Shown: piece by piece, positions 11,201 to 22,300 of the stretch | Numbering within the stretch: position 1 is the stretch's first letter | How the letters are laid out: each line of letters opens with the position of its first letter | Source: Nemertoderma westbladi | Taxonomy: Eukaryota; Animalia; Xenacoelomorpha | Direction of reading: 5' to 3' | Assembly (NCBI GenBank): GCA_032718475.1 | Contig: JAUCBJ010006823.1 | Span: forward strand, 1-48,425 | DNA: 48,425 bases | Program-made: the position numbers and the translations under genes | Notes under the pieces: generated by a model | What the model was told of the DNA's origin: nothing | Database searches by the model: none | What the model saw: only the letters and a program-made list of their open reading frames with translations

Positions 11201-12444
11201 ACAGGAGTGGCTTTGGGAACGACAGGCCTAATTATTTCAGGCTCATCAACTATTGTAGGGAGTCTTGTGACCTGAATAATTTGTTCTGTGGGTTCTGTAC
11301 TACCTAAGTCTGTGCTAGCTAGTTGTCTTCTGACAGCTGGGGGCAAATCAGGCAGTTTATGACGGTGAGATGTTTTTCTACGCCTGCTTAGACGAGATCT
11401 ATTTCCTCCGCCTTCAGGATCGGTGGTCTCGCCTTCCTCCGATGATGTGTATCCTTGGCGCTTGGGAGTAGATCGACTCATCATCCGCATTTGATTAGCA
11501 GTTAACTGTTTATTTATGTTGTCTTGCGTCTCTTGCAGATTTTCCAACTCCAGTTGGGTAATCTCCTCAGACGCTCTCCGTTCTGCTTCTGCTTCTGCCA
11601 CTGCCTTTGCCATTGCCGCTGCCGCCTTTCTTTCTGCTTCTGCTACCGCTGCCTTTCTTTTTGCTTCTACTGCCGCTGCCTTTCTTTCTGCTTCTACTTC
11701 TGCTATTGCCGCTGCTATTGCTGCTGCCCCTCGTTCCTCTATCTGTTTTTTCTTTATTTGTTCTTCTTGGACTCTAGTGAGGCGGAGTTTTTCATCAAAT
11801 TCAGCTTGGATTGCAGCTAACATTTCCGCATCGATTGCGTCCAACACAAGCTTGGTTCCTTCACTATTAGGGCGAAGTCCAGACAGTCGTCTCCTCAACT
11901 CTTCGTCTCCTATGAATCGCTGATAGTCTGACAGATAGATGTCAATGGCGTCTCTAGTTCGCGGCTTCTCTGCTGCTGTTAATTCGCTTTCCACTTCGCT
12001 TTCCACCTCGCTTTCCACCTCGCTTTCCACTTGAGAAGAAGTGGTGTCGGTTGATTCTTCATAGGTTGGCCGCTCATCATAAACCGTATCCGCCATCTTC
12101 GCTCCGCGTTCGGGCATCCGCTCAACAGTATCCGAACTACTGGAGCTATCGGGCCGCTGAGAACTAGGTTCTTGGCTAGGAGGTGGCTGCTGTTTTATAG
12201 CTTCTTCTTGATCCCGCTTGACTTGGGCCCGAGTGCCTATGGCAGACCGACGGCGCTTCACTAACTTCGCAAATTGCGAAATCGCTTCTACCAACCTAGG
12301 TTCTGACACAACCACTGCAGGGGTTGCCCTTCTTACAGTATGAGGGGTTTCAGACCTCGGTCCGGGATTCTCTACACTTTGATCTGAGAAACAGGCTATT
12401 GTTTCTAGGAGACTATCTGACAGAGTTTGCCTTGTGTCAGCCAT
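8287..12444 (-). CDS. gag: BEL/Pao Gag-aspartic protease polyprotein with vestigial Pol tail (1385 aa)
   Basis: Ala/Glu coiled coil; DUF1759-like FNGDEMKWLPF...EKLRFLIKCLEG; knuckles CALCDGPHRLSAC, CYNCLRSGHQRRTC, CAKCGAKHHILLH; protease ALLDSGSTGTFI and ILIG; then NPADIASRG and RPAGRLCLL. Confidence 0.93.
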   Translation of the reverse strand: MADTRQTLSDSLLETIACFSDQSVENPGPRSETPHTVRRATPAVVVSEPRLVEAISQFAKLVKRRRSAIGTRAQVKRDQEEAIKQQPPPSQEPSSQRPDSSSSSDTVERMPERGAKMADTVYDERPTYEESTDTTSSQVESEVESEVESEVESELTAAEKPRTRDAIDIYLSDYQRFIGDEELRRRLSGLRPNSEGTKLVLDAIDAEMLAAIQAEFDEKLRLTRVQEEQIKKKQIEERGAAAIAAAIAEVEAERKAAAVEAKRKAAVAEAERKAAAAMAKAVAEAEAERRASEEITQLELENLQETQDNINKQLTANQMRMMSRSTPKRQGYTSSEEGETTDPEGGGNRSRLSRRRKTSHRHKLPDLPPAVRRQLASTDLGSTEPTEQIIQVTRLPTIVDEPEIIRPVVPKATPVLETPVLPELNSKFPLHSTTLPVPGRTVHENLPVLDAEREIKDLSPVIPRQPATMLATPASAVEWVEEGRRGMNLLLGQMQETVHQFKGTVREGRAELQEVQQSIALERDKLVNIPKGIPIPPVTLCQPVRSEVLHAQGVEPTRIYTASEVETPIAKPIKGDYRPVVNDVSYRPYNDPRNLYADNSILNNTMAQESFTRQMARTEARQAVKVGEIVKFNGDEMKWLPFNEYYKDSIQNSVLSNGEKLRFLIKCLEGPPRLMALKFIGHPDGLRQVWDTLNIRYGNKDNIAKYLYAKLVAPRHFLSSGIIEFSDEIQEICRQLDWLGKSHEYQSSMVIGAVVSTLPKGGVCTRWDKKVLYMNEQQRRSPTMTDLMSFLDGEVKLQLIKQSREKTSENKVSEKPASRRRVTPVCYTDDGESQASQEEDSGKDTAKSYYDNKTYKDVSKYKSRISDRREQVTTTPPTSPKRIHGRKPEERTRVHNVTQGKVSDIKPKCALCDGPHRLSACAEFLKKSPVDRRTVLWNKRLCYNCLRSGHQRRTCYSDVKCAKCGAKHHILLHSEFERDNPSQVSEPELHVQFSDVNDTDQESEMEGFYTDEFSDANESCYLINTSVYRALTYEKDTNNEFPPTTFAKQPSWKAPTFNIGIREFPVVQVRVHGPNKSYIVNALLDSGSTGTFIDQELAEDIFAGQPKFRTKLNMSGIMQVWKSTLTADYYVGALSTPQDKLGAQSIRSVKMVAIKNFATTQADLYNWDEDENIQHLKIPRFQTDYPGVQILIGQNAHEALETLEKRPAQPQPLQTYAVRTRVGWYFTGPSRRTLKERLPQQQVYQVKEWEVESSEVDDPTEGTPYSSDNDDINSNVDQWRHCLGTINPADIASRGATPQELIDTPGWLGGSDFLSKEEEEWPPHLTPAEIRQAKGAEKIIQQLNRPAGRLCLLERDRKLSGNYGRQDTLPTTTSLIRQISRDSIT

Positions 12445-13799
12445 GTTTGATTGTACAGTTGAATGCCTACTGCTATATTACAGTTAAAGCAAGTCTAGTA
12501 ATTCAGTATCGCTGTTAGCCTAATAATTAATTACCGATACTGCTACTCAGTGTAGCGTGATATATATATAATATATTAGAATACCGGTATGCTTATAATA
12601 TATATATAAGTATTATTACAGACTAGATTTGTCACAGAGTACCGGTATATAAATTTAGCACAAATATATATAAATATATAATAGGCCTATCGTGAATACC
12701 AGTATACAGCTGACACTTATAGTATATATAAGTATAATTATTACAGACTAGAATTAATTGCAGAATAACGGTATGATTTCAGCCCAAATTTATAGAAATA
12801 AATATAATAAGCCTATGGTAAATACCGGTATGTCAATTATTTTAGAATAATTGAATTTCTGAATATTTTAGGGTTACTTGGTTACTTTAACTTACTTTAT
12901 TACCGTTATTTAAGCAGTAGTCCAACTGATATGAAGACCTAGTTGTTGTATGGCAGGCCTACTATTTATAAATCGTTTGAGTTGATTTATAATATATATA
13001 TACCCGTTTAAAATGGGTTTTGTCAATATTTGAAATAAATGTTATTATTTCTGGGGGAGTCACTACACAGAAGCTGTGCGCTCTCAGTGAAGTGCTACCT
13101 ATGGGACACTAAAACAGATAATTCTAATTTACCTAAGTTACTTAACACTACAAATTACTTACGATACGGGTGAGATTAAATCTCTAATTAAACACAACAA
13201 AATATTACGTACGAAATTTTAGGGTAATTTTACAGGAAGTCTACAAACCAGTCTAACAAAGGGTTAGATTTTCTGGTTATTACAACTGACAGGGTACTAC
13301 GGTATTTAAAATAATAAGTAGTAGTAAATATATTGCACTGTCCAGATAGGAAAAATACCACCGCCTGACGACCTATAACCGTATCGCTATAGGTACTACG
13401 TTATGTATCACGGAGTGTTCCTACCTATAAGTTAATAGAGCTAACGAATGTGCCTATCAACCACTTTACAACACAAATATACTGCCTACACACTAATTAC
13501 TTTCGGAAAGCACTGTACACTAAACCCTAAATTAGGTACAAGTACTGGTACAACAAATAATCAGTAGTTAAATATACTTGAACAGTTAAAAGAACCACGG
13601 CATCTGCTGGAGTGACTGGTGCACAAAATCACCAGTCTTGTCCTACGCCAAGCAGCTCGTGTAGTACCGGGGTTAATTTAACTATAACGGTATGTGTAAC
13701 AAGCACAATTACTGTAGGAATAAACTTGGGGACATGAATGTTGCGAATAATCGCATAAACTCTGAATAATAAATATTACGCTACCCGTACAGAATACTC

Positions 13800-14340
13800 A
13801 AACAAATACAAACCAAAACGCTGGCAGACTACAACCAAGCCTAAATAAACTACCGTACGTGTAGATTCTGAAATAGTTAGTTAGTATGCGTTCTAACACG
13901 GTAGTACGACTTATTCTTTAAGAGGGGATTGACCTTACCGCTATGGCTGCCCCAACTTACTAACGGAGCATTATCAGACAAACTCTACACACGCAGCAAT
14001 CTCTTCAGACCTAATAATAGCTAGACAACAATCCAGCCTACAAAATATCTGAGTAATAACTATTACGGTACCTGAACAGACCACACAAACAAACACAGGC
14101 CAAAACACTGGCAGAATACTGTCAAGCCTAAATAAACTACAGTATGTGCAGATTCCAAAACGGTTAGTTAGTATGCGTTCTAACACGGTAGTACGACTTA
14201 TTCTTTAAGAGGGGATTGACCTTACACTCAAGTTGCCCCAACTTACTAACTGGCACTTTATTGGACAAACTCTACACACGCCGCAATCTCTCCAGACCCA
14301 ACAACAGTCAGACAGCAGCTCAGCCTACAATTATCTGAAC
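13800..14340 (-). repeat. About 290-bp tandem duplication in the 5' leader of copy B (homologue about 37350-37915 in copy C)
   Basis: aagcctaaataaactac...gtatgcgttctaacacggtagtacgacttattctttaagaggggattgacc occurs twice (about 13838 and 14126). Confidence 0.8.
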
Positions 14341-14700
14341 AATCTGAGCAGACTTACACGTCTTCAGCTCAATATTAACTTACTAGGAAATAAAACTGAC
14401 AGAAATAGTAAACTATACAAAGAATGAGGGGTGATCAATCCCTATTCCCCTGGCAGCCTACAATATACAATAAATCACAATCGAAATAATACTAATGTAC
14501 TTATACTGGAAGTACCGGTTAGGACAGTTGGGCCTATGGACCTACAGAAGTACCGGTTCTGGCAGTTGGACCTACGGACCTACAGCAGTACCGGTTCTGG
14601 CAGTTGGGCCTACTGACCTACAGATGTACCGATTCAGGTTTACCGGTTGACCAGTACTTTCAACTTTATTGTTTACTGCAATAAAGTCAATAACTGTTAT

Positions 14701-15959
14701 TGTACGCGCTTTTGGAAGACCTTTAGCAGTTTAACCTGCCAAAATTTATATGTCTTTTGGTTTATAAATATACTTTAGAAGATGACAAATATTTAATACC
14801 AATAAACACAACATTAGCAGAAGCCAGCCTAGTGCGCGTCCATTCACCCGCAGGATATACCCGGGGGGCTGGATTCTGAGGGCTTAGATTATTATTGCAG
14901 TGAAGCCTACTGTATTATTCGATTGATCGTTAATAAATAATTTCTGACTAATATTATTCACTTTCGGGAAATATTAACAGTTCCTTTAGGACGTGGCGCT
15001 CTATCTAAGTAAACAGAGATATGACTTATACTAATCACAACGGCAAGTCGGTAATGATTATGATTCACGTATGAGGCGCATTCTTTAGGAAATGCTTAGT
15101 TATCAGTCACAATCATGCACACTACCGGTAACACACAATACGGCTCACTAATTTGCCGACCGTCAATGAATTTTATCATATATAAAGCGAACAGCAATTG
15201 ACTCATGTAGGGCTTACCAAATAGCATTAAATTCACTACAAACCACAACAATATAAGTCGCAATCGCTATATATAACCCGTCTCTCTAACCTGTAGTGTA
15301 TCAAGAAAATTGGGAAATTTGGGTTCTTTATATATGTTCTCCAAATAATATTCAACCAAAACACAACAGTAAACAGCATTAAGACGGTAGGTTAAGATAT
15401 GATATGACAATGTACTGATATGGACCGATATGTGAGTTGTTATGAACCGATAACAGTTATACGCTCTATAATCTTAAGCCTACTAATGTTTCTTCTAAAG
15501 TCTGAAACGAATTGACTCTAGAGCCGTTGTTCCTGGCCTAGATAGCAATAACACAAAGTATCAAGTAAAAACAGTAAGACTGAACACTCTCCTTATGATC
15601 GGCCGAAAAGCTACACGTCGACAGGAAAAATCGCTCTGATTGGCTCAAGCCAAACAAAGAACCATGCGTCCAATGGCTGTTTCCATGTCAGCAACCAGCT
15701 GTTAGATGTCGTAATATGAATCATCACGGCTAAGCTGTGAAAGGTATTTGGTGCATTGCAGGTTTTTTGCCTTACCATGTCCGCTAAAACACGTATATAG
15801 CAGAATGACTTTTATGTCCGTTAAAACACCTGTAACGGTACCTTGCGGGCGAGGGGAATATATATACAGTTAGAGAACCTTTTTAGAGTATTCCAGCGCC
15901 TGGGGGGAAACTGGATTGCGAAGCAAAGGGGCCAGTTATATCCCACAGAAGCTTTTACA
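14701..15959 (-). repeat. 5' LTR of copy B (1259 bp)
   Basis: Direct repeat of 3873-5131 with TG...CA termini. Contains a CCAAT motif. Confidence 0.95.
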
Positions 15960-16180
15960 TGCTTTTTATATTCATTTACTAATCGTATTATAATTACTGT
16001 ACAGCCACATTTAATTACAGTAGCTACATTTGAACAAAAGGGAGCGGTTGGCCCTACATTATTTGAAATTAGATATTCTGGAATGTTTAGAATTAAAATT
16101 AATTGTTTTGGCATAACTTACGCATATTAATATAATATATTTTAAATCTATATAATGTAGTATAACTATTTATTTATGAT

Positions 16181-16290
16181 CGGGTCGCAATTGTCCGGGT
16201 CACAATTGTCCGGGTCACAATTGTCCGGGTCGCAATTGTCCGGGTCGCAATATTTTGGGTCGCAATTTTCCGGGTCGCAATTGTCTTACC
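16181..16290. repeat. 15-bp tandem array (cgggtcgcaattgtc x7), probable orphan terminus of a MULE/foldback-type DNA transposon
   Basis: Seven near-perfect units ending aattgtcttacc. Same style as the repeat-built TIRs at 27279-28295; no partner end in the window. Confidence 0.6.
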
Positions 16291-16489
16291 TTTATTTGTC
16301 TGTACAGTACAATTTTTTATGTTACAAGTTTACACTAAACAAATTATATTCTGGAAAATTATATATTTTTATAGATATAAAACTCCACGGAGACGGATAT
16401 ATTTTTACTTCGGACAAAGAGAAATCAATACCGGAAGCAGTTCGATAAATTGCCGTCGCTTCTCGCGTGAAATTCACTGTATTCACTGT

Positions 16490-16810
16490 ACAACAAAGTT
16501 GCACCACCACAACTTCGTATCCCCCATGACTTTCGCGAGATTATCCTCATCTTCCAGGCCAGTGCCCTTTTGAGTCGTCTCACGAAAGTCATGGGCTGTC
16601 CACCATGCTTTTTTCTCCATGAGGCTGCTGCCAAAGCACAAGATTGTGTACAGGATCGTCCTCATGGCGAAAACAGTGTCTGAGGTGGCTATGTTATAGT
16701 GTCAAACCAATGTGAAACCTCCAATGTTGTATAGTGTCAGATTGGAGATGTCTGCATTGTACTTGACACAGTGAACCCGGTGTGGCATTCTTATGAATGT
16801 GCCATACATT
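16490..16810 (-). mobile_element. Degraded 3' fragment of RTE LINE (family 2)
   Basis: KHGGQPMTFVRRL / GLEDEDNLAKVMGD homology to 34600-34770. Confidence 0.8.
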
Positions 16811-17915
16811 GCCATAGACAAAGGCAGCTGCTCGTATTTTTTAATCGTTCAATATTGGTTGCTTGCCTGTTTGACCTCTGATAAGCATCACACGCATTTC
16901 TTTAAGTTTACAGTTTTTTGTATTTCAGGCAAATTGTATTTAGTCTATTTTATAAGTTAGATAAAAATCCGATTCCAGCATCAATTAATTGTTATATAGA
17001 TTACAACCCAGCAACCACAATAATATAAGACCATTGATTTAGGTTCAAATTATACCGATACCGTTCAAATTTGTTGGACTAGAAACAATTGAATAAGGGG
17101 TAACAAGGTGCCATGAATTTCGTGGCGGGGTGTTTTTTGTAAAACACAAGGAAACGGTCGAAATAATAGCGGGTTTAAGTAAGTGTGGAAAACCAATTCT
17201 GAAAATCGGCTGTGATTGGCTGGTACAGATTTGAAGTAACTACGAAGTGATAATTTCTAATCTTGGTTTCTAGGGATAGTGATTCAATCACACGTGGCTT
17301 ATATCAGCTGAAAGCAGAGACTCTTGCGCGTCTTTTGACACTACAATTATTTAAATTCATGATGATCAACATTGAGAAAATGATGTTCACAATTGTAAAC
17401 TCAGCAGATTGCCTGACCGGTATGCTAGCATATACACTCAGCCTATTGTATTACAGTATATATTGCAGTTTACTTCATTAGTACTTCAGGTTGTACACAC
17501 ATATCAGTCTGTTAGGTTGCAGGTACCGGTAATCTACCAAGCTTGCCAAATTGCGAACAGCATTTTATAATTGTTCCTAATTTTTGTAATGCCAAAGACA
17601 CACAAGTTTCTCCGTTTTCAATTGATATAAGGCATATGTGAAATGATTGAGATTAAATTTGTATTTGAATGGATCGAAAATCACCCTCCATAGAAACCAA
17701 GATAAGAAATTATTGGAGAACTTTGTAGTGACGTTAAATCCTTTCAAAATTGGTTTCCTTCGCTTAGTGCACCTACCCTAATTGTTTTTGCCACACAGAC
17801 TCGCGCACCAACATACAACCCACAATCCAAGATAAACTATCCGTAACCACTAATCCCAGGGAGCCAACCACTTAATGACTTATGCGAGTGAGTCTACCAT
17901 TGATTCTACCAAAAA

Positions 17916-18225
17916 TCACGAATTGACAGTGGCGCGGCGCGTGCGACAGCTATTCGGTTTCTCCATTCCAGTCCTCGAATAAATCCACTGCTGGAAATAA
18001 GACACCTTCATAAAAACGTTTGGGTGATTCTTTGAGGCCTCGCAACTGCCGCGGGCGACCCAACTTGCAATTCCCACGAGGTACCAGGTGCCGCGTATTT
18101 TGTAGCTCAATGGGCCCCCCGAATCGCCATGGCATATTCCACTGTCACCGTTACTACTGGTAACATACATATTGAAATCCCGTTCGCATTGATTATCTCC
18201 GAGCCCCGAGTCATCTTTACACCAT
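17916..18225 (-). CDS. S1 serine protease, last coding exon (catalytic Ser)
   Basis: GICHGDSGGPL...WYLVGIASW...PNVFMKVSYFQQWI. Acceptor tttatacag at 18226; phase 2 matches the donor at 32751 (AG+A = Arg). Confidence 0.9.
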
Positions 18226-18436
18226 CTGTATAAACGGAAATCAGTTAAACTTAAGACACACATAGGGGATGGGTGAATGAGGGCATACGTACATTTCGTC
18301 ACCGGACTTTTGTCCCCAGATATTTTTTAGAACTTTTACATCCCCAGGTAAAACATCCTCCGGCCTCGTAACATAAAAAAAATACTTGTTAAGAACTACT
18401 TCAAAACTATGTAGGGTGCTTGATCTCATTATTTCT

Positions 18437-20166
18437 TGATGATGATCGGCTTGAACTAGGGTGCAGTGCCGGCGGCCCCAGAAACATAGCGCCCCCAGAT
18501 CTTGCGGTCAGCCATACAATTTCCTAATTCATTCCTGTTCTCAAGTCCTGTGTCCTTGAGCAGGCGTTTGAGGAAAGTCATTGGCTGTCCACCACGTCTA
18601 TTCTCGCCAGCAGGCTGCCACAGCACAAGGTTGTGTAAAGGTTGATCCTGCCGGCGGAAACAGTGCCCAGCAAGCATTAGACGGCGTTTCTGCAGGGTGA
18701 TGCTAGGTCTTGGCAATGAGATGTTACCATATTTATATAACACTTCATTGCTTATGTGTGTATCATATGCTATGTTGTGCACCCGGCAAAGCATCCTGGT
18801 GTATGTGCCATCCAAGGACCTGGTGTCTTCAGCAGTTAGAGCCCAGCATGGGCTGCCATAGAGCAGCACAGGCTCCACTGCTGCACGGAAAAGGCGTACC
18901 TTTAAAGAGCATGAGATGTCAGAGCTCTTCCAGATCCTGGATAGCTTGTGGATGGCGGACCAGGCTTTCCCTTTGCGAATTCGGAGATCTTCAGCAGACC
19001 TCCGAACCCATGATCCAAGGTAGCAGAAGTCGTTAACATGACTTACCAGTCCATCCAGCGATTGAATGTTATCCCGATCAATTTTCTGCTGATCTGAATC
19101 CATGTTTACTGTCAGAATTTTGGTCTTTGTGCTATTCACAAAGAGGCCAACACTAGATGCAGCCTCCTCTAAGCTAGATAGCAGCTTCTGTGCTCCTTCT
19201 AATGTCTCTGACAGTAAACCAAGGTCATCTGCAAAGTCAAGGTCGGTTAGATGTTCTGCTGGGGAACCACGTCTACGGCCACCTGATGGTGGAGATATTT
19301 CCACCCCATCAGCTTCATGAAGATCGAGTGATGTCCGCAGCACATAGTCCACCACTAAGGTCGTGGAACCGTCAGATACTGATCTGATTGCATTAATGAT
19401 CTCATTGGGGATCCCATATGCCTGAAGAATTTGGAACATGCGTGGGCGTGACACGGAATCGAAGGCCTTGAAGAAATCCACAAATATGACAGCCAAATGT
19501 CTGTCTTTCTTTGTAGAAACCTCTTCAATAATCCTTCTAAGTGCCAGAATGGGTTCAAAGGTACCTCTACCTTTTCGAAACCCATTTTGATTCCCACGCA
19601 AGAGTCTTTCTACAGGATCCCTAATGCGATTCAGCATAATTCTGTTGAATAATTTAGCTGCAATTGAGATTAGACTAATTCCACGATATGAACCAAAATA
19701 GGAGCGGTTGCCCTTCTTTGGAACGGGTGTTAGCCGATTAGTCTTCAGTTCTTGTGGTGCAATCTTAGTGCGGTACATTTCTGCTAGGATAGGGTGGGCT
19801 AGTTGAAGGCATTCTCTGATCTTAAAGACCTCGGGAGGCACATCATCAACACCAGATGTCCTATTGGTTTTAATGTCATTCGAAGCAGTTAAGACCTCTT
19901 CAAATGTTATGTCACCAATTGGGATGTCTGAGAGTATTGTGTGTGACACAGGCTTTACAGTGAAATCGTCAGTCAGTTCTCGATCATTATTTAGCAATTT
20001 CTCGAAATGAGACTACCAGCCTGCCAAGCGGTCGGCTGGAGAATCAGCCTTCACCTTGGCAGTTGGTCTGCTTTTTTTCCAGAGAGCAGGTTGATTGCTT
20101 GCCAGGCTTCAGCAGATTTCCTGCTTTCGTCAGCAGCATTGATAGTATCAACCTGCTCGCTGATAA
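18437..20166 (-). mobile_element. 5'-truncated RTE-clade LINE (family 1), RT ORF 18456..19997
   Basis: PVPKKG, YRGISL, QNGFRKGR, FVDFFKAFDSV, DLDFADD, FCYLGS, AGHCFRR; very short 3' UTR with (ATC)n tail. Confidence 0.9.
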
Positions 20167-20263
20167 GCTTAATTATAATTATAATTATAATAATATTATA
20201 TTATTATATATATTATTATATATATTATTAGATAATTATATTATTCTTATATATGTTATACAG

Positions 20264-20790
20264 GTATAAAGGCGACTATTCGACCTAGTGAACTGAGGGT
20301 AAGTCGCAAGTCGCTAAAAGTCGCAACACTTTATATGTAGACTATAGTGGTGGAGCCGACTTTCCCGACCAAATCGATTCTTCCGACCACCACTTGGGCC
20401 GTGTATAAAGGCGACTATTCGACCCAGTGAACTGAGTATAAGTCGCAAGTAGTCGGCTAGTCGGCTTAGATATATCATAAACAGGGGTGGTCGGAAGAGT
20501 CGAATTGGTCGGCAAAGTCGGCTCCCCTATAGTCTACATATAATAAACTTTTGTGACTTTTAGCGACCCTCCATATAGTCAATGGTAGACCTATGATGAT
20601 TTATGTAAGTGGAACTGCCGACCACTTGCGACTCACCCTCAGTTCACAGGGTCGAATAGTCGGCTTTATACACGGTCCAAGAGGTGCTCGGAGTAGTCGA
20701 ATTGGTCGGCAAAGTCGGCTCCAGTTATAGTCTACATATAAAGTTTTGCGACTTTTTGCGACTTTTTGCGACTCTCCATATGCCGTATTG
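20264..20790. repeat. Complex direct/inverted repeat cluster (about 140-bp module), probable MITE or satellite remnant
   Basis: gtataaaggcgactattcgacc twice on + (20264, 20403) and inverted near 20650. The gagccgactttcccgaccaa module is inverted near 20505 and 20702. Confidence 0.7.
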
Positions 20791-21839
20791 AATATTGTGT
20801 ATGTAGGCCTAACTGTACGATATATGTAATCCAACCACCGCACCACTTACTTACTTGCTAGTTGCTGTATTCTCAGTAGGAAAAGTTACATGAGGTCAGA
20901 CTTTTTTTATATATAGAAAAAGTATAAACCTGATTGACATGTGGGAGTTAGATTTCATTTGAAATAGGTTATGTGTAATATATTTTTTTAATGTTTTTCT
21001 TTAACCATTAAACATAATTACTTGTTACTTCCTTATTCTATTAAATTTATACACAGTGTACTCTGTGTACTGTACATTATTGTCAATTATACTGCTCTTT
21101 CAACTATTACGATATCAATATAAATTAAAGAGACAGGAGTTTCTAACCACACATTTGTCTTTAAGAATTATGGTAAAAGACCATCTTATTGAAGCATACT
21201 TTTCTAACCAAAACAATAAAGGCATTTCTTAAAAATTAATAGAAAGGAGCAGGTTAGATAGGCCAGCATTTACCATCCCGGCTATCTAATATCTCGTCTG
21301 ATGTTTAATTTTCAATTAAGGGAAATGAGCAGGTTACAAAAAAAAAACACGCACGTTTTTCGTTTTTCACGTTTTTCTATCCAAAACAATAAACGAAAGT
21401 CAATAGAACAGGATACAGTTATATTTAATTATACACATACTTACTGTATCGTCGGTAATTCGACAAAACCCCCTAAGTCGATTTTTGTAGTTTTGAGAAA
21501 AACGAAAAAAACTGAATATTTTAAGAAATCTTGAGTAATGCGATCTAATTGTTGACTAAATATAATCTAAAATAGCGTATAATATGTTTGGGCACATATT
21601 TTTAGAGGTAGATCGCATTTTAGACCATTTAATTTTATATCTGTTGTTTTGCCAGATTGTGAAACAAAATACTTAGGTTAGAACATACAATTAAGGGGGG
21701 TTTTCCTTAGCATGTGGGGTTTTATCAGATACAGTCTGGCCCATTAAATGACTTTATTAATGGATCTAAGGGTCCAATAAGGCAAAGCTCTTATATTATA
21801 AACACTGTAATATTACCATTATTTTTATAATTAGTACTT

Positions 21840-22300
21840 CTACTATCAGCATGCTGCATTGAAACTGCATTATTATGTATTACATATATATTAATAATGC
21901 TGTGCCGGCTTGTCAATAAAATTGCGATGTCACAACTCCCTACCACATTAGCCAGTGTTTAGGCGTCCCAAAAAAGGGATGGGCCGTCCACCATGTTTAT
22001 TTATTCGCCAAAGCACAATATTATGCACTGACTGGTCCTCACGGCAAAAGCAATGTCCTGCAAAGCGGAGGCGGTTCAGGTCAAGTGTCAAGCTAAGGAA
22101 GACTAATGGATGTTTCCTCCAATGTTGTCTAGAGTCTGATTGGAGATGTGTTCATTGTACTTGACACTATGAACCCGGTGCATCATTCTTGTAAAAGTGT
22201 CAAGCAGAGATTTGGTATCCTCTGCAGTTAGAAGCCAGCGTAGACTACCACATACGAGTATTGGTTCTACTGCTGCTCCAAAGATAATCGAACATTTAGA
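21840..22300 (-). mobile_element. Degraded RTE LINE 3' fragment (family 2)
   Basis: Homology to 34330-34820, including the 3' end motif tgcaatgcagcatg. Confidence 0.75.

Larger units (their letters stand above)
3873..15959 (-). mobile_element. BEL/Pao LTR retrotransposon copy B, non-autonomous (Gag-PR plus ORF2), two LTRs
   Basis: Direct repeats 3873-5131 and 14701-15959 with TGT...ACA termini, a PPT next to the 3' LTR, and BEL-type Gag with three zinc knuckles and aspartic protease. Confidence 0.95.

Noticed and set aside
15821-16130. ORFs crossing the LTR boundary
   Set aside because: They span the LTR/flank junction and have no recognisable motifs.
16176-16448. SGSQL pentapeptide-repeat ORF
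   Set aside because: Translation of a 15-bp transposon-terminal array with no other coding signal.
17190-17310. Promoter-like motifs (ATTGG, CACGTG)
   Set aside because: Short motifs with no associated gene or transcript evidence.
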